From the NCBI GenBank assembly GCA_000091205.1, contig AP006496.2: a stretch of DNA of 64,000 nt. One strand, 5' to 3'. Of the stretch, positions 30,702 to 42,650 are shown one piece after another. Position 1 is the stretch's first letter. Each line of letters begins with the position of its first letter. A program made the translations under genes and the position numbers. Origin of the DNA: Cyanidioschyzon merolae (taxonomy: Eukaryota). Under the pieces are notes generated by a model that worked only from the letters and a program-made list of their open reading frames with translations, made no database searches and was not told the origin of the DNA.

Positions 30702-31435
30702 GCGTTGCGGGCTCGTGCCAGCACACGCCACCTACTCGATAGCGCAGTGAGATGCGCACTTTATCCGGGGTCGCAGTCCTGGAGGCGTCATGCGCGCACA
30801 CACACAACCACACAACACCGGGATACTGTGTGTAGCAGCTACAACCCGTGATCAAAGTCTAGAATACCTGGCATACGGTCATGCCAGAGTATCCATGCGC
30901 TCCAAGTCGGGTTCGTATGGAGCCAGACGCGGCGTCGCTCGCCCTGCAGACAGTGAACGACCAGTATACTGGCTGGAAACGCTGCAAGTCCACGTCGACG
31001 CCGCCGGTGTTCGCCGCACTCGGCACATCGCTGCAGCACCAGAAGGGATTCGCTTTGGTGCGTCCGACGGGGATAGCGCACACGGCGCTCTGGTCTCGAT
31101 CCTGTATCCCTTGGATCAAGGGCAAAAAACGCGGTATGACGTTATCGAGCAGCGCTAGGAGAGCAGCCATGGCGAGTGCGAGCCCCCAGCCGCCCGCAGC
31201 CCGTGAACCTGCCCTGTTGGATCGGGTACGCAAGCACCGCGAGGAGACGGCTTGCCGAGAGCCCCCGCTGCAACATGCTCGATGATCGCGCTACAGAGAG
31301 TGAGCACACACACCTCGTCGATGTGGATGTGCATCGAGCGACGCTCGTACTGTCGTCCGCGCTTCCACGTACATGCGGCTGCCTCGTATCCGGACGATGA
31401 ACGGCGAGCGGTAGGCTTCCCGATCCCCTATCAAC

Positions 31436-34400
31436 CTAAACTGCATCGCTTGGCATTTGTTCTAGGGCGAGTCGCGCACACTCTGGTCGACAGTGCGTGG
31501 TTACAAACTTGACGGTATCGATAGATGATCCGCAGTGCTGGTGCAGGCTTCGGAACGCCAAGCGCAGGGGATGCGTAACCTCCGGACACGGATCCAGAGG
31601 CGGAATCTGGGCACAGCGCAGCTCGGCGTGCTCAACGGAGTAATCAAGGATGAACTGTTCCTCGACATCTGCTGCGTCGTCTGGGTGAAGATTGCGCTCT
31701 GCGTGACGCGCCTGCACCCGGCTATTCGGCGGCGCTGATGCCGGTCCAAGTTGCGCCTCCACGACGAGGCAGCAGGCCAGGATGGTGTCCAGTAACTTGA
31801 CCCAAAGCGCAGGGCGAGCGTCCGCCGTCATAATCATCGCGCAGCATATTGTCTTCCCCATGAGCGGATCACAGAGCACTGGGCTCCGCTCTGGGGCGGC
31901 GAGTTCCGGAACCCAGACCTGCTCGAGGAAATGTTCAAGCAGCGCTGGCTGCAGGGCATCTGCGGCGCGTAAAATCTTCGCAGCACCAAGCCGGACGATA
32001 AATCTGGCCATGAATGGGAGCAGGTGGCGCACGAACTTGGGTGTGCGAGCGTTCTGCAACCGAAGGAAGAGCACTTGCAAGATGGCACCAAGATAAGCAT
32101 CGAGACGGTCACCGGAAGCACAGGCATCAACGATCGCACTCAGCAGCCGCAGACCATCATGGTCGTGAGCGCGGAAAGCAACCAGCCTTTGGAAGACGCC
32201 AAGCACGCGAGGCAGGTGCTCTGCATCGCAGAGCAGATCAGGGCTGGTGCGTAGGAAACAAACCAACAACGACACCATGCTGGGGATGTAGCTGTGTCGA
32301 TCCCAGAGAGGCGGCGCCAGGAGCGGCGGCACCAATCGCTGGTAGGCGGGCGTCAGACCTTCGTCGCGCCAGAGAACCATTTGACCCAGCGTCTGGAATA
32401 CGTACGGCGCTAACTCGACGATGTCCTGCTGAAGGATCCTTTCGAAGACTGGAAAGAGCAGCGATTCTATCGCCGACACGCCTGCATGACGCAGCAGCAG
32501 CACCAGAGTCTCGAAGAGGTTGTGGGCGTACAGCGCATTCGCGTAGCCCCCGAGATGCTGTTCTAGATCCATGACCAGCAACTGCGCAACTGCCGGACCC
32601 TCTTTGACGGGTACAAAAGCCGCCAGCTGAAGCAACAGTTTCATGAGGTATTCATTTTCGGGGTCCCGAACCATCTGTCGAGCAATCGCCTCGATACAGG
32701 GCTTGATCTGGCTGCTGTCCATCTTCAGCTGCTGCATTTGCGGCTCCTGATGAGCGCTGGCTAGCACTCGTTCCAGGAAACGGGCCGCATAGCTGTGCAC
32801 GACCGGATCCGCGTCATCCAAGAGGCGGACGAGGTAGGGCTCCAGACCCTTCAAATCCGCAGCCGTCAGTCGCGTACGAAACATGAGCAGGAACTTCAAC
32901 GCCTCTGCAGTGAGGAGCGGTGGCGAACGTTGGCGCTTCGTCTGTGATACAACCTGGGTGATCTCGGGAAGTATATGTGTCTTGGTGAAGCTTGCCACAT
33001 CGATGAATTCGCTGGTGTTGACCGCACCGGATGTACGGGTGCCTGCTCGCCAGCTCAAAGCCGCTACAATCAATATGGCATTCACCTTTTGTCGCCAGTT
33101 GTGCCTGGGGTCCGATTCACATGCCTCCAGCATGCTGCGCACGTACCCCGAGAACACGTGTACGATGCGCTCCTCGAAACGCTCGAGCAGGGCCCGCAGA
33201 AGCTCACCGGCCGCCCGTCGCCGATTGGACACGTCACTTCCGTCGAGCTCTAGGCGGATAAAGTCTCGCGGCATCTCTGAGAAGAGATCGAGATCAGCCT
33301 GTCGAAGCTGCATGTTCGGTGCTACGACGCGTTCACAAACATAGTGGAGTAAACTCGTTCCACTGGCACTCTCTGAAGCCTCAATCAACGTATGCAGCAG
33401 CAGCAGATGATCCACGCCCCGCGCGATCGTTGTCAAGAACCGAATGCCCGCAATCACAACGCTGTCGTAGCGACTGCGCAAACCGCGATGAACCAGCAAG
33501 ACACAGATCGTCGTGAGAAAGTTGGGCAACAAAGAGCGAAACTCTTCTTCATACTTTTCAGCATAAAGAATCAGACATTCGATGATGCGGGCCTGGAGCG
33601 TGTCCAGCGGTGCTGGCTCCGCCTCGTCGTCGCTGTCGAGGTTGTAGGCGGCACCAGCAGCGCTTGACGCTGCCGGCGCTGACAATCCTGCGGTCGTAGG
33701 TGCGTCGCTCAGTGCCTGATCGGCCTGAAGAATCCACCCGAATTCACTCATCCATTCCGCCATGTGATCTTCGAAAAATTCCGGCAAATCCTGGTAGTTC
33801 AATGAATAGAATATCTCGGTAATGTGCTGCATCGCGGAGAGCACCAGCGTCGCCGTTGCGGTCTCCAATGGATTCGAGCCGCTGCGCCAAAACATACACA
33901 AGCGCTGGAAAAGACGTAGCAGGAGCGACTGCGTTGCCTGCAGAACGAGCAGAATTTCCTGGAAAAGCGGATCGCTGCGTGTCTCGTGTCGATACCGCTC
34001 AACCAGCGCCTCCAGCGTCTCGAGTGAACCAAGCAGAAGAGCGCTATCCCAGTGTTCGAAAGGCTGTTCCACACAGCGCTCCAGGCCGCCGCTAACGAAC
34101 GGCAATAGCTCTGGCCAGTTGTGCGGAAAGTCTTGCGCCGCGATGACAGCCACTGCTTCGATCAGCTGACGACGCACTGCCGCTTGACGCACTGTTGTGA
34201 GCGGCAGTATCATAGCGCGTAGCGCTGCCCGATCAGTCGGAGACTCGTCCTCCCAGCGTCTCTTCACCACATTTTTAAAGTATATCGCAGCTGCCTGGCG
34301 TACAGCCACTGCTGAGCCCGCTTGTGTCGCGGCAACTGGATCGGCCTCCGCAGAAGCGATCAGTTGCAGGAGCTGTGCCAGGAAGCCCGGTTTGCTAGAC

Positions 34401-34486
34401 GCCGACTCTAGCACCGCCTCCGCGCCACGTCTCGTTTCCGTTACAGGAGAGAGCGTAGCAAGCACATAACTGTACAGATCATCCAT
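31436..34486 (-). CDS. importin-beta family nuclear transport receptor (importin-7/8/Nmd5-like)
   Basis: From the internal ATG at 34486: MDDLYSYVLATLSPVTETRRGAEAVLESASSKPGFLAQLLQLI...AGSAVAVRQAAAIYFKNVVKRRWED is a canonical importin N-terminal (IBN_N) domain, followed by ~1000 aa of HEAT-like helical repeats. The 73 codons upstream in the ORF track run through a (CA)n microsatellite and are probably 5' UTR. Confidence 0.8.
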   Translation of the reverse strand: MDDLYSYVLATLSPVTETRRGAEAVLESASSKPGFLAQLLQLIASAEADPVAATQAGSAVAVRQAAAIYFKNVVKRRWEDESPTDRAALRAMILPLTTVRQAAVRRQLIEAVAVIAAQDFPHNWPELLPFVSGGLERCVEQPFEHWDSALLLGSLETLEALVERYRHETRSDPLFQEILLVLQATQSLLLRLFQRLCMFWRSGSNPLETATATLVLSAMQHITEIFYSLNYQDLPEFFEDHMAEWMSEFGWILQADQALSDAPTTAGLSAPAASSAAGAAYNLDSDDEAEPAPLDTLQARIIECLILYAEKYEEEFRSLLPNFLTTICVLLVHRGLRSRYDSVVIAGIRFLTTIARGVDHLLLLHTLIEASESASGTSLLHYVCERVVAPNMQLRQADLDLFSEMPRDFIRLELDGSDVSNRRRAAGELLRALLERFEERIVHVFSGYVRSMLEACESDPRHNWRQKVNAILIVAALSWRAGTRTSGAVNTSEFIDVASFTKTHILPEITQVVSQTKRQRSPPLLTAEALKFLLMFRTRLTAADLKGLEPYLVRLLDDADPVVHSYAARFLERVLASAHQEPQMQQLKMDSSQIKPCIEAIARQMVRDPENEYLMKLLLQLAAFVPVKEGPAVAQLLVMDLEQHLGGYANALYAHNLFETLVLLLRHAGVSAIESLLFPVFERILQQDIVELAPYVFQTLGQMVLWRDEGLTPAYQRLVPPLLAPPLWDRHSYIPSMVSLLVCFLRTSPDLLCDAEHLPRVLGVFQRLVAFRAHDHDGLRLLSAIVDACASGDRLDAYLGAILQVLFLRLQNARTPKFVRHLLPFMARFIVRLGAAKILRAADALQPALLEHFLEQVWVPELAAPERSPVLCDPLMGKTICCAMIMTADARPALWVKLLDTILACCLVVEAQLGPASAPPNSRVQARHAERNLHPDDAADVEEQFILDYSVEHAELRCAQIPPLDPCPEVTHPLRLAFRSLHQHCGSSIDTVKFVTTHCRPECARLALEQMPSDAV

Positions 34487-34602
34487 GCTCACGGTGTAAC
34501 GTACTCGGAACTGGCAGTCCAAAGACTTGTCGGGTCGCACACTGGCGGTACGCCGTAGACACGGCAGGCGCCGCGCGCGCAGCGCCACACGGCGGGACAG
34601 GA

Positions 34603-34636
34603 CACACACACACACACACAGAGCGAGAGCGAGAGA
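34603..34636. repeat. (CA)n followed by (GAGC/GA)n microsatellite in the importin 5' region
   Basis: gacacacacacacacacacacagagcgagagcgagag seen directly. Confidence 0.9.
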
Positions 34637-36370
34637 AACACAGCAGTGCGGCAGTGGGTCTAGTTGACGCCTTGCCAACTTTAACCAGGAGATGCTATGC
34701 GTCACCGGGAGCAGCTGGTGTGCTCGACACTCAAACGAGCGTATGAACGAGGCAAAGGCATGTCTGGTCTGTGGATCGGAGAACTTGAGAGGTTTTGCAT
34801 GGAATATGGAGAATGCCTCCGCAGACGCCGATACGCATCGCGCACTCCAGGATGCCCTGTATATTGGTCAATCCTAAATCCTAGATAGAAAATAGATAAT
34901 CGTCAGGGATGAATTTATCGTTTAGATCATCGAGTGAGCGCTCTCCCACGTGCGATGGTTCGGCATATTTTAATGGGTAGGCGCATTGAGGACACGACTA
35001 CTTTCGGATACACTGGCTGGAACGATCCATGGCTAACACTGGTGACGTTATCTTAACCATTGGACTCTAGCGTAACGTGAAAATGAGCTGAAACTGGTGT
35101 GTGTTTCTCAATGTATCGAGACTCGACGCGAACTAGATGCATGACTGATGCATCGACTGTAATAAAAAAGGCTTGACTGCTGGCGGCAGCAAGTGCTAAC
35201 CGCTCCATGCTGAACGTCTCTGGGATCTACTCGGTTGAGTGCAGTCGTTCCGAAGAGCGCTTTCTTTGCAAAACTTGCACCTGCATATCGGTACACGCGC
35301 ACCTGTGAGCAGGTTTTCTGTGCTGCAAGTATTGACGTTCGTGGTGGCGCTCGGGCCCCAGGCAGCGTTCCAAGGCAGGACAAAGCACTGACAACAGACA
35401 AGGTTGCTTGGCTGGACAGAGTATTCGGAACGCGTGTCTAAGCTATTCCTCCGCTCGAGCCGGGTCCCTGGGCTTGAGAGCGTTCGTTTCGCTTTCGTGA
35501 ACGCTGCACTGCCGCCGTTGTTGGTGACTGCTCTGAACCCTGTTCCAGTGTCGTTTTGCAGCGTTAGAACAGCTGTGCGCGTTCCAAAGGTCCAGCTGAC
35601 GGGGGGCTCCTCTCACAGACGACTGTGAGCAGATCAGTGCTGGTTTCAGGAAACCCAGTTGGACGCTGGGCGGTATCCTACGATGGGCGAGGAGTCTGCC
35701 GGGCGAACGCAAGCAGTCTCTCACGGTGTCTGAAGGGAGCGCTCGCGCCGCTTGCTATGCGGGACGGCGCCGGCAAGCCAGCGAAACCCTCCGAACTGGG
35801 CGGCGGTAGTCGCACTCGCTGCTGGGGATATGTGGACATCGGGCGTGAGCTATGCGGCTCAACGCCCAAGGCAGGCAGAGGGAACGCGTCGACACGCAGC
35901 GCAGTGTTTGTGATCGAAAATGCAAGGTGCACGAGGGACTAGTCTCGCGGGCCGGATTGCCACATAAACATTGAAGGAAGGTAAGCGGGATTTCGGGTGC
36001 CATTTTTTCACCGAATTTTCCGGAGAAACGGAATAGACTCTATCGCCTTTTTTTTGTGACGCTGGCGGCGAAGCATTGGACCAGACCTGCAGCGACTGCA
36101 CGGCAGTCTGGTTTCCGGTCGGCCAGCAGCGCGCACCGCGTCCTCATTCAGAGCATGCGTCGGGACAGAGGCCTTCGACCAGAGAGCCGCCTGGAGCCTT
36201 GGGTGTCTATGAGCGCGTCATGCTTGCGCTGCGAAGGCTGCTTGGCACGCAACCCTGGAATCCAGTGGCCATGTACACGACGCTGCGCTCTGCAAGAGAC
36301 AAGCAGCACACCTGTGATCACCGTGCAGTCGTTCTGCAGCTTGTCGCGTACGGATGCAAGTTAGTTATTA

Positions 36371-37882
36371 TCATTTCCGATGAGGCACGGAGGTTTCAGA
36401 GGGCTTCCCGAGACCTCGCCATTCGAAGCGCTGCAGTTGATCGAGAGCGCCGAACGGACCTCGAACTGGCCGCAGGAAACGCTGCAAATCCGATTCGGGA
36501 ATATCAGCTATGTACGGGTCAAGCTCTGTGCGTGTCCACTGTTTCTTGAGACCAAAGAGCATTGCGAGGCGCGTTTCTGGTTTCTGTGGCAAAGCATCGG
36601 CTTCCAAGAGCTGCACGCGCATGGATGCACTCGGGCATGATGGTAGAAGTGTTGCGGGGTCAGATAACAGCGAGCTCTGCTCTGACGAAACCAAGTGCTC
36701 AGGTGCAGGCGACGATTTGCTAGAGTTGCGGAAGCGCTCCAGCGATGGGAGCATGATTGCCACCCCATGGAGCGACTGCAGCGCATGCTCGGTGTCAAAA
36801 GATGTATCGGATGGTAGTCGTCGCTGGATCTGCTCCATGAGTTCTTTCAGATCCATTGAGGCGTTGCGTTGTCGTCGCAGCAAACATGGGACCAAGTCGC
36901 GAACGACATCCGAAATGTGCAGGTCGAGCATATCTGGTGTCTGTGGATTCGGGCGGAACCATCTGGCGATTGCAAAGGCCGCGAGATTTCCGTCAATAAT
37001 GTCCATTTCGAGGAGAGCCGTCTCCAACAACGGTCTTGAAACATTCGTGACCGGCAAACGGTGCACGAGGATTGTGTCAAGAAGATGCTCTAGAAGACGC
37101 TCGCGGCCCCGGGGGTCGAGGATCCAATACTTGGACGAAACGGGATCGAAGATGATGCCTATCTCTGACATGCTGGCACGCAGTTCGCTTTCGGAGGCAT
37201 GACTCAAACACAGGAGCGTTTCCCAGGAGACTCCTTCGAGATCCATTTCGTACACCGCGAAAGTCTTCATGAACTTGATTAGGGTACGAAATCGCGGTAC
37301 CATGCGTTGGCATTGCAAGACGCTGTGAAGCGCAGCGCGCAGGCGCAAGCAACGCGACTGCTTGGCGCCCGACGCCGACTCGCAAGGCTCAAAGACCAAC
37401 AACGAGTTGGAGGTTTCTTGTCGCCAGAGCGAAAAGACCGCATTTTTGCTGCAAAGCACAGACCGGCGCTCCTCGTCGTCCACGGTGAAACCTGTGTCCG
37501 AAGATATGGTATCTGGGGCGGTTGGACCGTCACAGTTACCGCGGCCTCGGCTGGTCGCGCCCATATCGTGCCTCATCCGCTCGACCAGAAACGACACCTC
37601 GTCCGGCAGCAAACCATCGAACACGAGTCCTTCGCCCGCACTGAAAGCGCCGTGAACAAAGTTTGCGAGAGGATCTTCCGAGTTCGCTGTATCGCCGGGC
37701 GGTGTGTCGGTTTTCAGAAGCATATCGAGGCTCAGGAGCAGGTACTCATTCTCTGCCACATTGCCGTCAAGAAAAAGCGGGAGAGCGTTACAGCGCGCTT
37801 CGGGTAAACTGCCCATAGTACTCGTCTGCGCTGAAGCGACAGTGAGCTGCAGCACCGCCAGAAAGCGAGTCGCGCGCGCCAA
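36371..37882 (-). CDS. conserved hypothetical protein; C-terminus weakly reminiscent of sister-chromatid-cohesion protein DCC1
   Basis: 503-aa uninterrupted ORF in a region where other frames are closed. The C-terminal LAMLFGLKKQWTRTELDPYIADIPESDLQRFL resembles the DCC1 C-terminal winged-helix region. Assigned from memory only. Confidence 0.35.
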   Translation of the reverse strand: MARATRFLAVLQLTVASAQTSTMGSLPEARCNALPLFLDGNVAENEYLLLSLDMLLKTDTPPGDTANSEDPLANFVHGAFSAGEGLVFDGLLPDEVSFLVERMRHDMGATSRGRGNCDGPTAPDTISSDTGFTVDDEERRSVLCSKNAVFSLWRQETSNSLLVFEPCESASGAKQSRCLRLRAALHSVLQCQRMVPRFRTLIKFMKTFAVYEMDLEGVSWETLLCLSHASESELRASMSEIGIIFDPVSSKYWILDPRGRERLLEHLLDTILVHRLPVTNVSRPLLETALLEMDIIDGNLAAFAIARWFRPNPQTPDMLDLHISDVVRDLVPCLLRRQRNASMDLKELMEQIQRRLPSDTSFDTEHALQSLHGVAIMLPSLERFRNSSKSSPAPEHLVSSEQSSLLSDPATLLPSCPSASMRVQLLEADALPQKPETRLAMLFGLKKQWTRTELDPYIADIPESDLQRFLRPVRGPFGALDQLQRFEWRGLGKPSETSVPHRK

Positions 37883-40800
37883 TGTAAGATAATTCGGAGC
37901 AGGCGTGAAGTGGCCCTGGTCGAGCCTGATACTCCTTCAGGTGCGTGCCTCGAAGAACGGAGTTTATATTAGAACTTGCGGATCGGTGCGAAGAGTCGGT
38001 TGCAAGAGCGTACACGACTCGAGCGCCACAAACGAGCGCGGCGCACCCGAGTGCCTGCACCTGCACTACCGCGACCCGCGCCAGCGAAGTTTTTATGCTG
38101 TAGAATTATTGAGGAGAATCGTAGAAGTAAGCGTGCCTGCACCCGTGATGTTTTTGATGCGATAGGCTCGTTGAAGAGAGTCTGAGGCGTGCAGCTGCCC
38201 TCCGCTCACAAGAATCGAGCGGTATTCCACGAGCGCCTCTGTCGATGGCGCGCGATGTTGCCGCCCATGCGGGCACATCAACGACCTCAGGCTCGATTTG
38301 GCGTGCGCGCGCGCTCGTAGCGCCAGCGGGGCGTCTATGCGCAATGCTATCGACTGAAGGAACACTTTGATGGTCTACCACTTGTACTGGAATACTTCTC
38401 CGACTCTATCTATAGATATATGCGGTGCTTGATGTTCTATGGAGTGTTGAGGGCACCATGAACGTGCCTGGATCCGGACGGAATACTATGCAATGCATAT
38501 TGGGCACTGATTTTTCCAACGAGAGTTTGGAGCGTTGCAGCGCAGCGTCTGCATCAGTAAGAGTCGCTTCCCTGGCAAGCTCGCTCGACGTAAAGCCGGT
38601 GGACGATCTGGAAGCACGAGATATTGCCTGAGGTTGATCGAGGGGTTCAAGTCTCGATGCAGTATGGACGGGTATGTGTGTGTACTTGCTGCTGGCGTCA
38701 CGACGCAGCGAGCCTCACGCCTTTGATTGCCGCTGCATCTCATGGTCGAGCGGCTTACCGTACGCCATCTCGTGCGTCTGTCTCTGTTTCGCTCTCTGAT
38801 TCTCTACCGGATTCGGCACGCGCCCGTGCTCATGACACGTGTATGCCGTCCTGAACACATCGGCGGGCATCGTGCAGCGCGCATTTCTGTATTTACTTCT
38901 GTATTTCGGCATGCTCATTGCATGAGCAGGCGTCCAGCATTTCTGCGTTATAGCGCGCCCTGCTCCATGGGTTACCTATCAAAGAAAACTGAGCAGCTTC
39001 ATCTGCTTCGCACTGAGGCCTTCGGCTCCGTCCCCGCGCTCTAGACGCACAGCGAAGGCCATGGCGCTATCTGACCTGGGAATCACGCGCACAGCGAAGC
39101 CTTTCCCCGCATCTAGCTTGAACAGTTGGAAATGCGTCGCGCTGCCCGAAAGGATACTTTTCGGCACCTGCGCTGTCGAGGTCCCGTTCAAGGACGTGGT
39201 GCGTCGACCTTTCAAGGTATTCTGCGGGCTGTAGGTGCGAGTCTCTGACCCGACGCTCAGGCCGTGTTGCGGGTTTTGTTCCGGGCTTCATTCACGCTGT
39301 CCCTCGGGGAGGGTTCAGCCATAAAAAGCGCAGAGCAATGTGGACAGCTGGCAGCCCTGCGCCCGCAACACGTACGCATTGTTGGTGAACGAGCTGCGTC
39401 ACAGCGCGCGAAACTGAGAGAGTCCTCATCGAGTGCGAAGCAACGCGACGCCATTTGGCGACCTGTATCTCGCTTTACTGAATATTCTCCCTGCTAATGT
39501 GTCTTTGCAGGGAGGCGTCGAGAGTGGTTCCGGCGTCATGCGCCCGATCCGTGAGCTTTTCCTTCCTGTCCCTGCACATCCTCTTCGTCTGAGGGATCCT
39601 CCTGCTCGTGGCGGAGCGGCCTCTTCGCCTTTGCGTCCGCTCGGCTGCGCGCGCCTTGAGCGCTTTCGAGTAAGGGGGCGCATCGTACCCAACGATCAAC
39701 CCAGAAGAATGCGTGATAGAGACGCAACGGAGCGCTTCGACGGAGTATGAGGTGCTGAACGAAGCCGTCTGCTTGGCGATCACTAGGTGGCTCGGCAATG
39801 AAGTCGCCTCTGGGCCTGATGGTGTCGGAATGCTCGCTTATTTGTGCTTTGGGATCCGTCGTTCGCGCCTCGTTGGGTACCCTTGTGCGGGTCCACCATC
39901 GCTCCCGAACAAGTCCCTTTGCGGCGTTATACGGAAATCGAGCACCTCATGTGAGAATCATTGGCGCCGCAGTGCGAAATCGATAAATTGTGTCGTTCAG
40001 CACGAAACAGTCTCCCATACAAGTGCATTCCCTTCTGTATCCGTCTGTGTCTCTTCGGAGCAGCTCGTACCGACGGTACGGCATCATCACAGTCGATGAC
40101 TGCTTCCGTGGAATTCCGTATCGAAGAAATGGAGTGGCATAAATTGACGAGGAGACACACTGATCAACACAGGGTTTGGTACCGTCCGCATTGAGTGCGA
40201 ATCGTTCATCATGCAGAATACGAGTGGGTAGCTGCATCCAGCCGCTGACCCTGGACTGGCTGACTTGTACAAATCATGTCGCCTTTGGTACACCAGCACT
40301 GACACCATAGAAACTTTACGCCAACTCTCTCCAATCGATAGGCTCCATTCTCTTTGTCTTAGGCATGCGACAACCATGGATAAAGACGAAACCTGACCTG
40401 CTGGTACAGTTGGTACAAAATTCGCTGCTCGGATTATATCGATGATGCGCTGTGTGCCGAGGACAAGGTGCGCGGACATTACCGGCTGCCGCTGTGGTCA
40501 CTGCAAGCACCCGCTCATAGCTATGCACCCGCTCGAGTCAAGCATGTGTGGTTCACGCGTCATCGCTTAGGAACGAATATTTCATCGTCGCTGCATTATA
40601 TCGCAGGAGATCGATATCACGATGCAACTGACCGTATAGATCGTAGACGAATTGACTCCAGGATATATTCTTTACTGAATAGTTCAAGGAGGATTGCGTC
40701 CCTTTTTCAGATCAGTCATGCCATAGGACGCAGATGATTGAGGAACACTGTAAGGAACCAGTATATGCGATCTGCGTCAAAAACCGATATTTTTAAAGAC

Positions 40801-41399
40801 TGCTTGCCGTTTATGCTAGAAAACTTCCGATTGATCAAACTACGGAAAGCAAAACTGACGATCAGAGCCATCCCGGGCGTCACTGTTTCTCAACAGATCA
40901 ATTGTATGGTCCTGGAAACAGTAGGATAGTCTCAAGAGTCATAATTCACGCACGGCCATCTTCCATGGAGATCGCAATGTCGACGTTCCTCGAACGTCGC
41001 GATCTTCATCAAGCAGAGTGACGTCAGTCTGTTTTTCAGTTGATGCGACATCCTCCGGACGAAAAGGTTGGAGTATACATGAGTATTCGTGGAGCTGGGA
41101 ACCCGTTGTATGTACGATCGAACTCGAAGAGAACGAGGACGTCATCCATTCTTGCTGCAATCGATCCATTTGGCTGTCTCAGATTCGCTTGTGGAGAAGG
41201 CTGAAAGAAAAGCACCTGCTTCGTCTACTACTTGGAAACTTTTCTCCTGACATCTGGTGACGCCATCCTATTGGACAGTGTCGAATTTCGCCATCCGCTT
41301 TCCGTTCGAGCATTTGCCGATTCTATCGGGGAACGAGCTGTCTTTCATTCCTCAGTGTGCTGCGTGGTTCATCCCCATCAGAGGAATGTTTTTGATCAT

Positions 41400-42010
41400 G
41401 AAACGCAGTGATCGCTCCACTGGGTGAATCGCTGAAGCGTTCAGCACACGCTGGCACAACGGAGCACATAAAATCTTCCTTCTGCATGTGCGTCTGTCTC
41501 TGGGAAGGTCAGCACCTAAGGGCATAAACAAGGGCGTTCGTTTGAATACATTAAAAAATCCAGGGAAAGTTATGGACTCGGAAGTCCGAGATGTTTGAGG
41601 CCCGGTGTTGCCAGCTGCCGGATAAAAAACGGAAAGAATCCTTTTCTCGACAAACATCAAGCGAACAAGAGTATGTGACGAAGAAGAAAAAGAAAAGAGG
41701 GGACACAGCACAGCAAAGATGTTTGGCCGACGGGATAGTGACGATCCTGTTATGTCACAGAGGACACGAGTTCGAGGAATCCTTGCTTTGGTGAGTTCCA
41801 CCAGCGGCAATAAACGCATGAAGTTCGTGAACCGAGAATTCAACGTCACCATCAGGATCAGACGATCTGCGGTGCTAAACACGGGGACCGAGGACCCCGG
41901 GCGATTTAACTTCATGGGGCAGCCTCTCAGACTCGACTTGTACCCAGATAATTCGAAATCGATAGCAGACGGCCGGTCCAGGAAAAGCTGGGAGACGTCG
42001 GTGTAAGTTT
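41400..42010 (+). pseudogene. Fanzor/TnpB-like fragment F7 (C-terminal RuvC-III region only, truncated on both sides)
   Basis: ORF 41719..42006 encodes RVRGILALVSSTSGNKRMKFVNREFNVTIRIRR...GQPLRLDLY, a degenerate RGLLAL and NRDxNAAINI region. There is no conserved 3' tail. X/R2 repeat copy B starts at 42030. Confidence 0.5.
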
Positions 42011-42029
42011 CTCCTTGATTCATTGAGAG

Positions 42030-42650
42030 GAACAGAAACTAACCATTCACTATCAACTCGATAACAATTTCTTCCCTGCTCTACCGTACACGTTTACAAG
42101 GGGAAAAGATTTCCGTATTTTCGAAAGCTTTCCTTCTAAGCGGAAGGTCCCGCGAGCCGGACGAGTCTGATGGGCTCGTGCTCCGTGCACCTCTGAAGTG
42201 CCCGGTGCTATAGTGAGGCCTGAACAGCTCCTCCGCAACGCACTATATTCTGGGACCAGGAGCAGGTAGGATGCATCCAGGTGTCGCCATAATCACAGAG
42301 GTCTCCGGGAATATCGCTTCGCGCTGTCGCAGGAAGTAGGCCTGTCTGCGCAGTTTGCAGACCCCCAGAATGCTGACAAGTCTGAATTCCGTATCGGATG
42401 AACCAAGCATCAAACCGACGCCCTGAGTGGTATGGCAAAGCCGTTCTGTCTCCGTGCAGCATCTGCTTCAACGGCATACGCGCGATTGCGGATGCAGCAA
42501 GACAGGTACCCGGCGCACGATCGAGCGTACATAACGACCGGTACATCCGAGAGGAACTATGGATCAGGGAACTTGCAAGTAGGTTGCAGCATGAAGGATG
42601 CTTTCTCGGTAACCAATATCCATCCCACAATCTGCGATCCATGGTCCAAG
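42030..42650 (+). repeat. X + R2 composite short repeat, copy B
   Basis: 42030-42312 (X: aacagaaactaaccatt...cccgcgagccggacgagt...) matches 53815-54113. 42313-42650 (R2) matches copies A, C and D. Confidence 0.65.
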
